Positions 1 to 11,686 of a stretch of 64,000 bases of DNA are shown here, one piece after another; position 1 is the first letter of the stretch; each line of letters begins with the position of its first letter. This DNA comes from Blastocystis sp. Blastoise (Eukaryota > Protista > Bigyra: Opalinata), in NCBI GenBank assembly GCA_039096225.1, contig JBBPEB010000029.1:124001-188000 (forward strand), in the 5' to 3' direction. The notes under the pieces are model-generated. The model ran no database searches. It saw nothing but the letters and a program-made list of their open reading frames with translations, and was not told the origin of the DNA. Made by a program: the position numbers and the translations under genes.

Positions 1-2
1 AA

Positions 3-1775
3 CAAAGTATTAGTTATGATTTTTATATATCTGAATCTTATAATAGTTATCGTCTTTATATAAATGAATGTAATAATCATAATATTCTTCAAGATGATTA
101 TTTAGATTGTCAAAATGATAATAATAATAATAATATATATTTTCAATTAGCAGAATTATCTTTTTATATAACAAATAATAAATTATCATGTAATCCTTTT
201 GATGGATATATTGGTGCTTATGATAATACAGAAGCATATAAAGAATGTCCATTTGGTTATAAAGGTATACAAAAAAGATTATGTATAAATAGTCATTTTG
301 AAGAAAATCAATTTTTATGTGATCCTCTTCCACCATTACATATAGAATATATATCAAATACATTTACATTTATTAAATTATTAGAATATTCAATTAATCC
401 TATAATAGAAGGTGTACTTCTTTCTTTTTCTATATATCCTTCTTTACCTTTAGGTTTATCTATTAATATAACTACAGGAACTATTTATGGAATACCATTA
501 ATAGAAACAATAAATTCTTCTTATATAATAACAGTATCAAATCCTGCTGGATCTTTAAATACTACAATAAATCTTATAATAATTAATGAATATTGTAATG
601 AAGAAGGAATATGGATGAAAACTGAAATAGGATCGAATTCTACTCTATCTTGTGAAGATCCAATAAATTATGAAGGATATCGTACACGTAATTGTCTTAT
701 TGGATCACCTGGTATATGGCTTAATGAATATTCTACATGTCAATTACGTATTCCTACACTTATATATCCTTCTTCTTTTATATCTATATATCGTTATGAT
801 TCTCTTGATTCTCAAATTCCTATTCGTACAGGATTATTTTTAGAATCTATGACTATTTCTCCTTCTATTCTTAAAGGATTATCTTTTGATATTAATACGG
901 GTATCATAGAAGGTATACCTTTAGAATTAGGTCAATTTATATATACTATAACATTAACAAATCCTCGTAATACAATAATATATATATTAACAATAGAAGT
1001 ATTACCCTTAAAATGTATAGAAGAAGAAGAAAAAGACAATTCATTATGGTTAAGTATAGAAAGACGTCAAACTAGTTATATAGAATGTTCAAATGGGTTT
1101 TCTGGAATACAATCTAGAGATTGTATTGATGGTGGATTTCATAATGCTACTTGGGATAATAATATAAATACAAAAAATTGTTTTATATATAATAGTGAAG
1201 AAACTCCAAATGAAAATTATGTATTTATACATATTCCATTAATTATTGAAGGTCCATCTTCTATATCAATGAAAAAACCTGATTCTCAAGAAATCTTTAG
1301 ACAATCTATTGTTTCATTATATAATAATAATATTAATATTGAAAGTGAATTAGTTCGTATATTATCTATAATAGATATGAATGATAATAATAATAATAAT
1401 ATAAATTATAATAGAACTATAATTACTATACGAATAATAGTAAAAGAAACAGAAGTTAATACTATAACGACAACGATGTATACATCAATAAATTCAAATA
1501 TATTATTATATAATATACATAATAATACAAATATAGAAACTTTACAAGAAATTCAAAAGATTTATTTAGATGTTTCTGGAATATCTACAGAATATTATAT
1601 TCCTAATAATAATACTATACTTATTATTATTATTATTATTATTATTCTTATCTTATTCATTATTGCTATTCTAGTTTCTATATATATTTTAAAGAAGAAG
1701 AAGAAGATGCAAATACATAAACTTGAACAACCAAATACAACACTTCAACGAAATCAACCTCAAAAAATGATCTAA
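3..1775 (+). CDS. 5'-truncated type I membrane surface protein (putative-Ig/He_PIG-like repeats, Cys-rich modules, C-terminal TM); paralog of 29086-35035
   Basis: Frame reads open from nt 3 into the listed ORF to TAA at 1773-1775. LPLGLSINNTTGTIYGIP and LKGLSFDINTGIIEGIP are putative-Ig motifs. FQLAEL...SC...DG...AYKEC matches the paralog at ~34400. Hydrophobic TM is followed by a KKKKK stop-transfer. Confidence 0.8.
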   Translation, partial: QSISYDFYISESYNSYRLYINECNNHNILQDDYLDCQNDNNNNNIYFQLAELSFYITNNKLSCNPFDGYIGAYDNTEAYKECPFGYKGIQKRLCINSHFEENQFLCDPLPPLHIEYISNTFTFIKLLEYSINPIIEGVLLSFSIYPSLPLGLSINITTGTIYGIPLIETINSSYIITVSNPAGSLNTTINLIIINEYCNEEGIWMKTEIGSNSTLSCEDPINYEGYRTRNCLIGSPGIWLNEYSTCQLRIPTLIYPSSFISIYRYDSLDSQIPIRTGLFLESMTISPSILKGLSFDINTGIIEGIPLELGQFIYTITLTNPRNTIIYILTIEVLPLKCIEEEEKDNSLWLSIERRQTSYIECSNGFSGIQSRDCIDGGFHNATWDNNINTKNCFIYNSEETPNENYVFIHIPLIIEGPSSISMKKPDSQEIFRQSIVSLYNNNINIESELVRILSIIDMNDNNNNNINYNRTIITIRIIVKETEVNTITTTMYTSINSNILLYNIHNNTNIETLQEIQKIYLDVSGISTEYYIPNNNTILIIIIIIIILILFIIAILVSIYILKKKKKMQIHKLEQPNTTLQRNQPQKMI

Positions 1776-2577
1776 AAGAATATGTTTTTTTTTAATTATA
1801 TATTTATTTTAATATATTTTTTTATTTTCCAAATCTATATATAATTTATTTTTTTTTAATAAAATAGAAAATGTTTTTTTTCTCTCTTTCTTTATTAATT
1901 CACGTTTTCTATATTAATTAAATTTTGCTTCAAATTATATATTAGTTTTTATTTATTTATTTATATTAGTTTTTATTTTTTTTTTGTTAATTATTATGTA
2001 AATTTATTTTTATTTTTATTTTTATCATTTTTATGTATATTGAAAGGTATTTAACGTTAGAAAAATATATATACATTTGTTTTGTTTTTGTTTTTTTAAA
2101 AGAATTATTTTTTTTATAATTAAAATAGAATTATTTTCTTTTTAAATAATTATAATATTCAATTCTTAAGAATTTTTTTTTTTTTAAATTAAAAATAAAT
2201 AGAAAAATTATAGAATGAATTCGATTTTTTTTCCTTTTATATATATATATATATATATAAAGAATTCATTTTATATATATTTTAAAACTCAATATTATGT
2301 TTTCAATGATATTCTCAATAAAATAGAAACAATACAATTCTTAAAGAACTGATTTTTTCTTCTGTTTTATTTGTATATGAATGACGAGTATTGTGTTTCC
2401 AATTTTCCAACTTTATAATCCTATTATTTGTTAACCTAAAAATTCGATTCAAGATTCTGGTTTCGAGTATTCTTTTAGAATGATGCATTATTCGTTAAGA
2501 TTTATGAATGAATTATTGTGTGATTTATGAACAATTCTCATATTTTATTTTCATAATAATAATAGTTAACAATTAAA

Positions 2578-5150
2578 ATGACTTATTTAGTAGATGTATA
2601 TAATTTATATATATAATAATATTTAAAAAAATATATAAATAGATTACAAATCCAAAAGGAATTACTTCAGTAGAAGCTTTAGGTGGTAAAGGATGTTCAT
2701 TAGTGAAATTAACAGAAGGAGGATTTCCTGTGCCAGAAGGATTTATCATAACAACATATGGTTATCGTGTATTTGCAAACAAACTTGAATTAATTAAGAA
2801 ATATTCTAATCTTTCTAAGCGAACAACATTTAGTTTAGAAGATGCTGAGATCATAAGTGATGAGATCTATGAAATATTTTCTAAAAGTGTTTTTATTTAT
2901 TTATTATTTATTTATTATTATAATAATATTCTTTATATATAGATTTATACAATAAGTCAATATGCTGTAGATATCGAGAACTATTATAAGAAACCAATGG
3001 ATATGGAATTTTGTGTATATAAAGAAAAGATGTATATAGTTCAAGCAAGACCTATTACTACTTTATTAGATTTACCTAATGGTATTTATTATATATTATA
3101 TATATAATATATATAGATTTAAATCCATTATCAGATGAATATAAGAAGATATATCACAGTTATGCTAATTTTAATTGTATTCAAATGTTAACAGTTCCTT
3201 GGACTTATTGTAGTTTCTCTTGTGTGAATAATGCTATGTTTAAAGCAGATACTTATGTTCGATGGATAGGTGGATATATGTTCTTTGAATATTCACCATT
3301 AATGAATATCTCTTTTATAAGAAAATAATTCTTAAAATTCTTTGGATCAAATGTAGACAAAGAAGTAGCTAATGTATATTTATAATTAATTTTATATATA
3401 TATTTATAATTAATTTTATATATATTTATAATTAATTTTATATATATTAATAGATATCTAATGAATATAATAAGAGTGATCTTCCTTATTATTCTTCTAC
3501 TATTGCTATGAAACCTTTAATAAAAGCAATATTTAATATAGCTTTACCTACTATTCGATCTATATTATGGAATTGGATATTTTCTTTTAATCCTTCTCGT
3601 CTATGTAAAGAGATTAAAGAGAAAATTGATTCATTAATTAATTATTATAATAATATATTAGATGAATTAAAGAATCATAAAAATACTATTACATTAACTT
3701 CTCTTCGTGATACTCCTTTTAATATAATTATGATTATTAAAGAACTTCTACCTCTTTTAGTTCCTTCTTTATTAGCTCAAAGTAAAATCAATCAAATTGT
3801 ATTAAAATATGGAATAGATGAAGATGAAGTAGAACGAATGTTTGGAGGAAGAAGAGAAAATATAGCAAGTCGAATGGATTATGCAATTACTCAATTACAT
3901 TTATTATTTATCAAATGTGAAGAAGAAGAAACTGGATTTATTGAAAAGTTATTAGTATGTTTTTATTATTTTATTATTATATTATTTTTTTTATTATTAT
4001 ATTATTTTTTTATTATTTATTATTTTTATATTATTATAATTAATATACTTTTATAATAATAAAAAATATCTTTATAGACTTTATCAAAGAATGAAGAAGA
4101 AGAAAGAATAAAACAATATATGATTTCATTATCTGAATCTCCTCTTACTTCTCATCAACAATTATATATACAATGGAATGAATTTATGAATAAATTTGGA
4201 GGAAGAGGTCCTGGTGAAATTATGATTAGTTCTCCAAGGTATATATATATTAATAATAATAATAATAATAATAATATATATATATAGATATGAAGATAAA
4301 CCATCAATTATTCTTTTAACAATATTAAATACTTCTTATGAGAATGTAGAAGAGAAATCACCTGATTATTTAGAAAAGAAAGCAGATGAAGCTGTTGATG
4401 AAGTATTTATATATATAATAATATTATAATAATACTTTTTAGATATGTTCAAAAGTATCAAAGAAAGATGCTGAAACAATTCGTTATTATTTACCTGTTG
4501 CTAGACTTATGTTAACTTATCGAGAACATCCTAAATATGTATTAATCTCAATATTTTTTTGTCAACGTAAATTAATTATACAATTAGGTCATAAGATGAT
4601 GAAAGAAGGAATAATTCATGATCTTCAAGATGTTTTCCATTTCTCTATTGATGAATTATGTGATTATGAACAAAATAAACTAGATATTACTAAAATGACT
4701 ACTCTTCTTCAACAACGTAAATCTATTTATATACGTGCTAAATCTATTTCTTCTCCTCGTATAATTGTATCTCCTTATGCATCTATTGTCAATATATCTG
4801 AACAAACAAAACAAGAATTATTAGATTTATCTGAAAATATCTTAAAAGGAATGCCTACTTCTGCAGGTATAGTTGAAGGAAGAGCAGTAGTTGTTTTAGA
4901 TCCTCGAGAAGGACATTTAAAGAAAGGTGATATATTAGTTGCTCCTGCTACTGATCCTGGTTGGACACCTTTATTTGTACCTGCTTCTGCTGTTGTAATT
5001 GCTATAGGTGGTCCTCTTACTCATGGTTCTATTGTAGCTAGAGAAATGGGTATTCCTTGTGTTGTTAATGTACAGAATCTTATGGAAAAAGTCAAAACTG
5101 GTATGAGAATTAAAGTCGATGGAAGCAAAGGAACTGTTGAAATACTTTAA
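2578..5150 (+). pseudogene. PEP-utilizing enzyme / rifampin-phosphotransferase-like gene, apparently disabled
   Basis: Spliced exons give MTYLVD|..LGGKGCSL..GFPVPEGFIITT, KPMDMEF..IVQARPITT, FGGRGPGEI, YREHPKY, and GDILVAPATDPGWTPLF..GGPLTHGSIVAREMGIPCVV (His-swivel domain). In-frame TAA at 3326-3328, and most of the ATP-grasp domain is absent between ~2890 and ~2943. Confidence 0.8.
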
Positions 5151-5317
5151 TATTATTTATTTTATTATTTATTTATTTTATTCTTTCTTTTTATTATTAT
5201 TTGCTTGTTTTGTTTATTATTAAATATATAATAATATTCTATAAACAAATTATTATTCATAAATTTTTTAATGATATATAAAGAGATAGAGAAATATATA
5301 TATAATATATATATAAA

Positions 5318-5462
5318 TTATAATTTCAATCCTAATTGTTGCACAGCTGCATCATAAAGAGATTGCCTATGATTTGGATGAGATATATTTATTAACGCTC
5401 TCGCACGCTCACGTAAACTCTTTCCCCATAAATCTGCTATTCCATACTCTGTTACGATGTAT
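5318..5462 (-). pseudogene. Orphan last exon of an acetyl-CoA hydrolase / acetate:succinate CoA-transferase family gene
   Basis: Minus strand after an AG acceptor reads YIVTEYGIADLWGKSLRERARALINISHPNHRQSL..*, the family's typical C-terminus. No upstream exons were recognised before the next gene. Confidence 0.75.
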
Positions 5463-6309
5463 CTAGATATATATATATATATATAAATGTTTATAATGTG
5501 ATTACTGAATAATAAATATAATATATATAGTAATAATATATATATATATATATATATAATAGGTAATGTTTACATATAAAAGCAATCTTATGAATGATTA
5601 AAACTCTAAAAGAATTATTGTTAAAGACTTATTTAACATTCATTATAATATAGAAATACCTAGTCACAAAAAAAAAAACTCCAAATATATATATACATAT
5701 TTTCTATTCAATTATGTTAAATCAAACATGTCTATATTCTGCATTCTTCTATATATATGACTACAATTGTTTTTCCCCAAAAAAAACAGATAATCCATGC
5801 ATCCGCTTTTATTTTTTCACTTTATCAACTAAAAACACTCATAAATATTACCTTTGATCTAAGCTATTGTATGCACCATTGAAATCCATTAGATTATTAA
5901 TATCAATAATAAAACTATAATTATAGTTTTCTAAAATATCTTTTGAAATTCCGTTGAATTATCAAGCTAGAAATGAAGTACACAGTTCAATGAAAACAAT
6001 ATATCTTCTTATAAAAACACAAAAATAATAAGAAATAATCTATTTACCTTCTTTAGTAAAAAACTGTAGAGAAAACTGCCCTCTATATGTTAGTTTTGAA
6101 TTTTACTAAAAACATTTGAAAAGAAGACGACGCACATGTTTCATTCCCATAATTAATTCAAAATGAACAGCAAAAAAAATATTTTTCATTTCAAAAATTA
6201 AAAATAAACACAAACACAGTCAGTTTCTCTTTAGATATTTTTAGTAATTTAAAGAATGAGGATTTCTTCATTGACATATTTTTTTTGTTTTGATAATTAA
6301 TTAAATATA

Positions 6310-7162
6310 ATTGCAGGAGTTGTTGATAACCCACAGTATGTAGATTTCTTTAAAATAATGCTATGAATAGAATTTTGTTCATTGTTTCTTGTTTTCTTTG
6401 ATCTATTTGTTTCTTATAATAAGTAAAAACTATTCTATAAGTGCTGGCATATATATGAGTGCTATACTAATTTTATAATTATTCATATTCATATAGATAT
6501 AACATGAATCCAGTTTCTTATGACGTTAATAGTATGCCTCTACAAATGTAAGATGTTTATAATAATGATATAGGTGCTCCCTCATCAATTCAATATAATA
6601 CTGGAATGCCACCTCAATCTGTTGTTCCTTCAGGACCTAATTCGAATTATGCTGGCAATAATATGATGAATCCACAAGGATATCCTCCTAGTATGTTTGT
6701 GAACACAATTTCGATATTACATTGCAATAGATATGTCAGGAATACCTATAGCTATGCCTGTTGCAAATCAGTCGATTCCTATGGGTCAAACAGATAATAA
6801 TAAACCAGGTTTCGTTGAATCGCTTGCTACAGAACTAGGTGAGATGGTAACTCCACAAAGACCTACTGATATTGAATATGATCCAAGTCAAACGTATATT
6901 ATGATTCTTATTATTGTTTTTTTTTGTTGTGTTCTATCAATAGTTATTTAATATTATATAAGTAATATATTTATTATTATTATATATAGGAGAGAAGAAA
7001 ACGTATACATATTATAGAATATATTTATATATAATTATCATTTCTATTTTTAAAATAGTTAGAACAAGCTCATTTCAACCCAGAAGAAAGACTTCTCTAT
7101 AAAAATTTTCATAAGATTTATAGTTTATTTTTTATGATACCTTTCCTTTCGATGTTTAATGT

Positions 7163-7228
<66 letters not shown>

Positions 7229-7977
7229 TAATAAATTTTCCTTATTATTCTAATTGCTATGTTTTTATATATATTTATATATTTAATATGTATTATATAA
7301 TATAATATATATAGCTTACTACTGTTGGTTTTGGTTGTGCATATATGGATTTTTATATATGTCTATGTGGCATAATACCGTTAGTTATTGGTATACTTTC
7401 AGCTGCACAAACAATAAAAACATATCGAATTATATCCTTTATTATGTGAATATATATATTTTTATTATATATACATATATATCATGATTTATAATAATTG
7501 AAGAATATTTAACACTTTGGATATATAATTTTTACTCTAGTTAAAACTATTTCTATTATAATAACTATTTAAATATATTTGTTCTTAACTATAAACTTAT
7601 CAATTTTCTCTGGTATCAATGTTGTTTGTCGAATTGTATTATGTATTATATATGAACAATGGATATGTTTAGTTATTGGAGCAATCTTTGATATATCGGA
7701 TATTCTTATGCTTAATACTGTATATAAAAAACGAAATGATATTACTCCAACTAGTATGATATATATATATATATAATTAGCATCTTTAACTATTCTTTTT
7801 TATAATAACTACTTTTATATATTTAAAGTATAATTCATGTTACATTATATATATATATATATTTATATATATATAGTAAAACAAAAAGTTATAATGATGG
7901 AAAAGAAAGTCAGTAGAAATCGCCAAATCTATAATTTGAACCCTAAACCTTCAAGAAATAATCATCATCATCGTTAA
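6310..7977 (+). CDS. Uncharacterised multi-exon membrane protein, Pro/Gln/Met-rich N-terminus, several TM segments (paralog A)
   Basis: GT-AG exons splice in frame, including a 13-nt micro-exon at 6990-7002, ending ..NHHHR* at 7975-7977. Exon pattern matches 8781-10246. First ATG is at ~6504; the position homologous to paralog B's start is ATT at 6310. Confidence 0.6.
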
Positions 7978-8780
7978 ACTACATATAAAAGAACTTCTTC
8001 ATTTTATTATAAATACTCTCTCTAGAAATATTCTATACTATTATACTTCTAATAAACAATTACTATTTTTATACTACTTATTAGTATTATTCTCGCATGC
8101 TACTCTATGTAAATATTTTCGTTTTTATTATTTATGTTTACCTATTTCTTATGATTGTTGCTTGATAATTTATATTTTTAATATTGCCAATATTTTGTTG
8201 TGTTCATATTTTTGTAGAATTAACTTAGTAGATTCATATCTATTCTTTATATATACAAGCAAAAAGTTTATTTTGAAAATTTCATATCTATTTAAAAGCA
8301 TTATATATATATAATTAATATCATAAGACTATTTTCTGTATAATATATATATATATATAGATACCTATTCCTACAAAGATTTGTTTCAATCAGTCAATTG
8401 ATCCTCAATTGAACTTAGCAAACATATATTAAAGAAATATCAGTTCATATTCTAAAATCACAGAAATGCTATCATTCATATAATCAAATATAAAAAAGGA
8501 ATTTTGCGATGTTTTCGTCAATCCCTAAATATATTTTTATTTTTTTAATTGATGATGACTTACTCTATTTGTTTCCTTCTTTAAAATAATAATCGTATTG
8601 TTCTCTTAATTCAATAATATAAATTGATGGAATAATATAAAGAAAACAACAGTGATTTCCACACACAAAAAAACAAAAAAAAAGAGAAACCGAAGATTCA
8701 TTTTTAGAAACTTCAAACTGACTATTTCTTAAACGGCAATGATTTCATTTGGTATTATTTTATAAATAAATTAAAATACA

Positions 8781-9299
8781 ATGGCAGCAACCATTAATAG
8801 TCAACAGTATACACTTATTATGATATGATTCTGCAGTAATTTTTCTTTTCTACAACAAATTTATCGTTTTATCTCTTTTCAATATAAAAAAAGTCAATTA
8901 AAACTATGACTATTCATTTGTATTCTATTTGGATATAATATTCAACTTGTTTCTAACAATGTATATGGTAAACCTCAACAATTATTGGTGCCATACAGTA
9001 CTGCTGTACCTATTTCTTCGTCATACAATACAAGGGCTGAGATTTACGCTCAGCCAATTGTTCCAAATCAAGCAAGCTTAAATTTTCACAGTAATGAGAC
9101 AACAAATTCAATTCCAATGACTTCGAAATTCAGTTCATTAGATACCGTATATGTGGAAGGAATGGACAACTCGATCCCTACTCATAATGATAATCTATAT
9201 AACATACCAAATGTTTCAAATCAAAAAGATACAAATGACGTTCCAAAAAATGATGATATTGAATATAATAATGGTGTAACTATGACTAAATATGCGTAA

Positions 9300-9354
<55 letters not shown>

Positions 9355-10246
9355 TCTTATATATATTTTTCTATAGATTAGAAAGAGAAGTATAAAGAAT
9401 ATTATAATCAATATTTTAATTATAATATAATTAAATTCATTTAATACCATAGATAGAACAAGATGAATTTGATGAACATGAAAGAAAAATATATAAGAAA
9501 TATCATAATATTCTTAGCGGAAATCTACTATATGTTATTCTGTTTTTTCTTGATGGTGTATATATTATATTCTATTCTATTATTGTTTTATATTATATTA
9601 TATTATCTGATAAAAACGATAATATATTTTTTATTATTAGAATTTTTATAATCAATTTTCTTATTATTAATATTATAAAGAATATCAAAAATATAAATAT
9701 ATATCAATATATATCTTTCTATAGTTGTGCACATTTTGGATATCATTGATGGGATTTGGTCAAACTATTATGATCGCTTCAATTCTTCCATTTATTAACT
9801 TTGTAATTACACTAAAACATAAAATTAACTTTATTGGATTATATCCTTTTTTAAATAAATTTATATATATATTTATATATCATTCTATTATTATATTTTT
9901 CTTAACTATTTCAATGTGTGATATTCACTTGTATCAACGTTATTGGCCGATTAATATTAATTATTTTCTTTCACGATTGGGTAGCTCATTTAATTGGCAT
10001 CATAGTTGAAATTATACTGATTTTTAAATTAAGAAAAACATATACATTACGTCATGAACTCACACCTACAAGTATGTTATATATATGTAATTGATATACA
10101 TTTTTTTTTGTTATAACTAATTATATATATATATAGTTGTATCACAAATAGAAAGTGTGGAAAAAAAAGTGAAAGAAAATCGTTATAAATATCATTTGGA
10201 TGCACATGATAGTGACAATGATAATGATTCATCTGATGACGACTAA
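8781..10246 (+). CDS. Uncharacterised multi-exon membrane protein (paralog B)
   Basis: ATG at 8781. DIEY..|13-nt micro-exon 9377-9389|IEQDEF.., TM exons, RHELTPT|IVSQIESVEKKVKENR..DDD*. Aligns with paralog A (RNDITPT|IKQKVIMMEKKVSRNR). Confidence 0.6.
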
Positions 10247-10964
10247 CTTTATATATTTTATTTTATTATGTACCTTTAGCTTTATTTTCATTTTTATAAT
10301 GAAGTTTCATAAATATACTCTCTATCTTTTTCCTTTTGATTTTATCTTTGTTTTTTATCTTTTTTGTTTTTTCATCATCATTATTACATAACTTTTCTCT
10401 ATATGTATATTATATAACAATATTTTTATTGTTTTGAAAGATAATATAAATATATTCATTATTCAAATGTTCTAAGATTAATAATGTAGCATAAATAAAC
10501 TGTTTAGTAAATTTGTGAATATGAATAGAATAATTTATATATAGTATAGAATATTTAACACTAAGAATATATCTCAATAATCATAATATGAGAATATTCA
10601 CTTTTTATAGATCTATATATAAACAAATATATAGTGACTTGATTGGTAACTAGTTAGTTTTTTATTATGTAATGAAAAAAGTTCAAATTGATATAATGAG
10701 TAATTTTATAATCATTAAATAATATATCATAATTATAGAATGGATTATTAACAATCAATAAAAAAAAAGAATAAGAAATACTTTATATGTTAAAAAATAT
10801 TCAAATAACTGTATTAATATGCATACATTTATTTAATTTATATACTCTTAATAATACACGAGTTATACAATTTTATATTAATAAAACATAAATTATGGTA
10901 AAATAAAGTATCTATATGAAAATATAACCAAACAATATATATAGTGAATACCCTTAAAACTAGT

Positions 10965-11564
10965 TTAAAGATTCTTACATACTTCAGGTTTAACACCTTC
11001 ATAAGCATCACAAACTTCTTTTGATAAACTATTAGTATCTTTAACAATGACGTGATTAACCATAAGTAATGGAACAGAATCATGAGCAGGAGTAGCGTCA
11101 CCACATTCAAGATGAAGTAATAAAGCTTCAGGACCATTAAAACAAGAAAGTATTGTGTTTACATCTAATCCAGTTTCTTCAGCACATCGAGTAGCCTCTT
11201 CGTCGTTAACAGTAACAATACGTTCAGCACAAAGAATAAAAGGGAAATAAGTAGTAGGATAATGTTTCATTCCACATAATTCAAGCATATTTCCACGACA
11301 TTCATTTTCACCATGTTGACAAACAAATGTAGGAGGATCTCTAGTAATAGTTTTTGCATTTCCATAAGGATAAAGATGTAAATCAGTAATATTAGCAAGT
11401 GCAGCATTCTCCATATGATCCTTAAGTGTATATAAAATAAGAACAGCGCATCCAGGGCAATCCACTTCATAATAGATATCTACAGGAACTTTAGGAGCAT
11501 CACTACGTAAATTAGAGGCTACAGCACATAGAACAAAAACAAAAATTAAATTAATAAAACGCAT
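10965..11564 (-). CDS. GILT: Gamma-interferon-inducible lysosomal thiol reductase (GILT) family, secreted, intronless
   Basis: Signal peptide, VDIYYEVDCPGC (CxxC), YPYGNA, and the GILT signature CQHGENECRGN. Confidence 0.93.
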   Translation of the reverse strand: MRFINLIFVFVLCAVASNLRSDAPKVPVDIYYEVDCPGCAVLILYTLKDHMENAALANITDLHLYPYGNAKTITRDPPTFVCQHGENECRGNMLELCGMKHYPTTYFPFILCAERIVTVNDEEATRCAEETGLDVNTILSCFNGPEALLLHLECGDATPAHDSVPLLMVNHVIVKDTNSLSKEVCDAYEGVKPEVCKNL

Positions 11565-11623
11565 TCTTAGTCAATATATAATAAAAAACACACCGAAACA
11601 AAATAGTGTTTTTTTTTTCAGAA

Positions 11624-11635
11624 ATGAGTTTTGGA
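11624..11635. repeat. Target-site duplication, left copy (12 bp)
   Basis: ATGAGTTTTGGA immediately before the left TIR; identical copy at 23937-23948. Confidence 0.92.
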
Positions 11636-11686
11636 GAGATAAATCAGCCTATACAGTAGAATTGTTAAAAAGTCAGACAATACAGT
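11636..11686 (+). repeat. Left terminal inverted repeat (51 bp)
   Basis: GAGATAAATCAGCCTATACAGTAGAATTGTTAAAAAGTCAGACAATACAGT is the exact reverse complement of 23886-23936. Confidence 0.97.

Noticed and set aside
3326-3328. In-frame TAA as evidence of a reassigned genetic code
   Set aside because: TAA terminates essentially all intact genes here, long ORFs have no internal TAA/TAG, and this gene also has a large deletion.
5148-5220. Blastocystis-type polyadenylation-generated stop codons (TGTTTGTT motif)
   Set aside because: Genes whose ends I could trace have genomic TAA stops, and the TG-rich downstream stretches are not exact motif matches.
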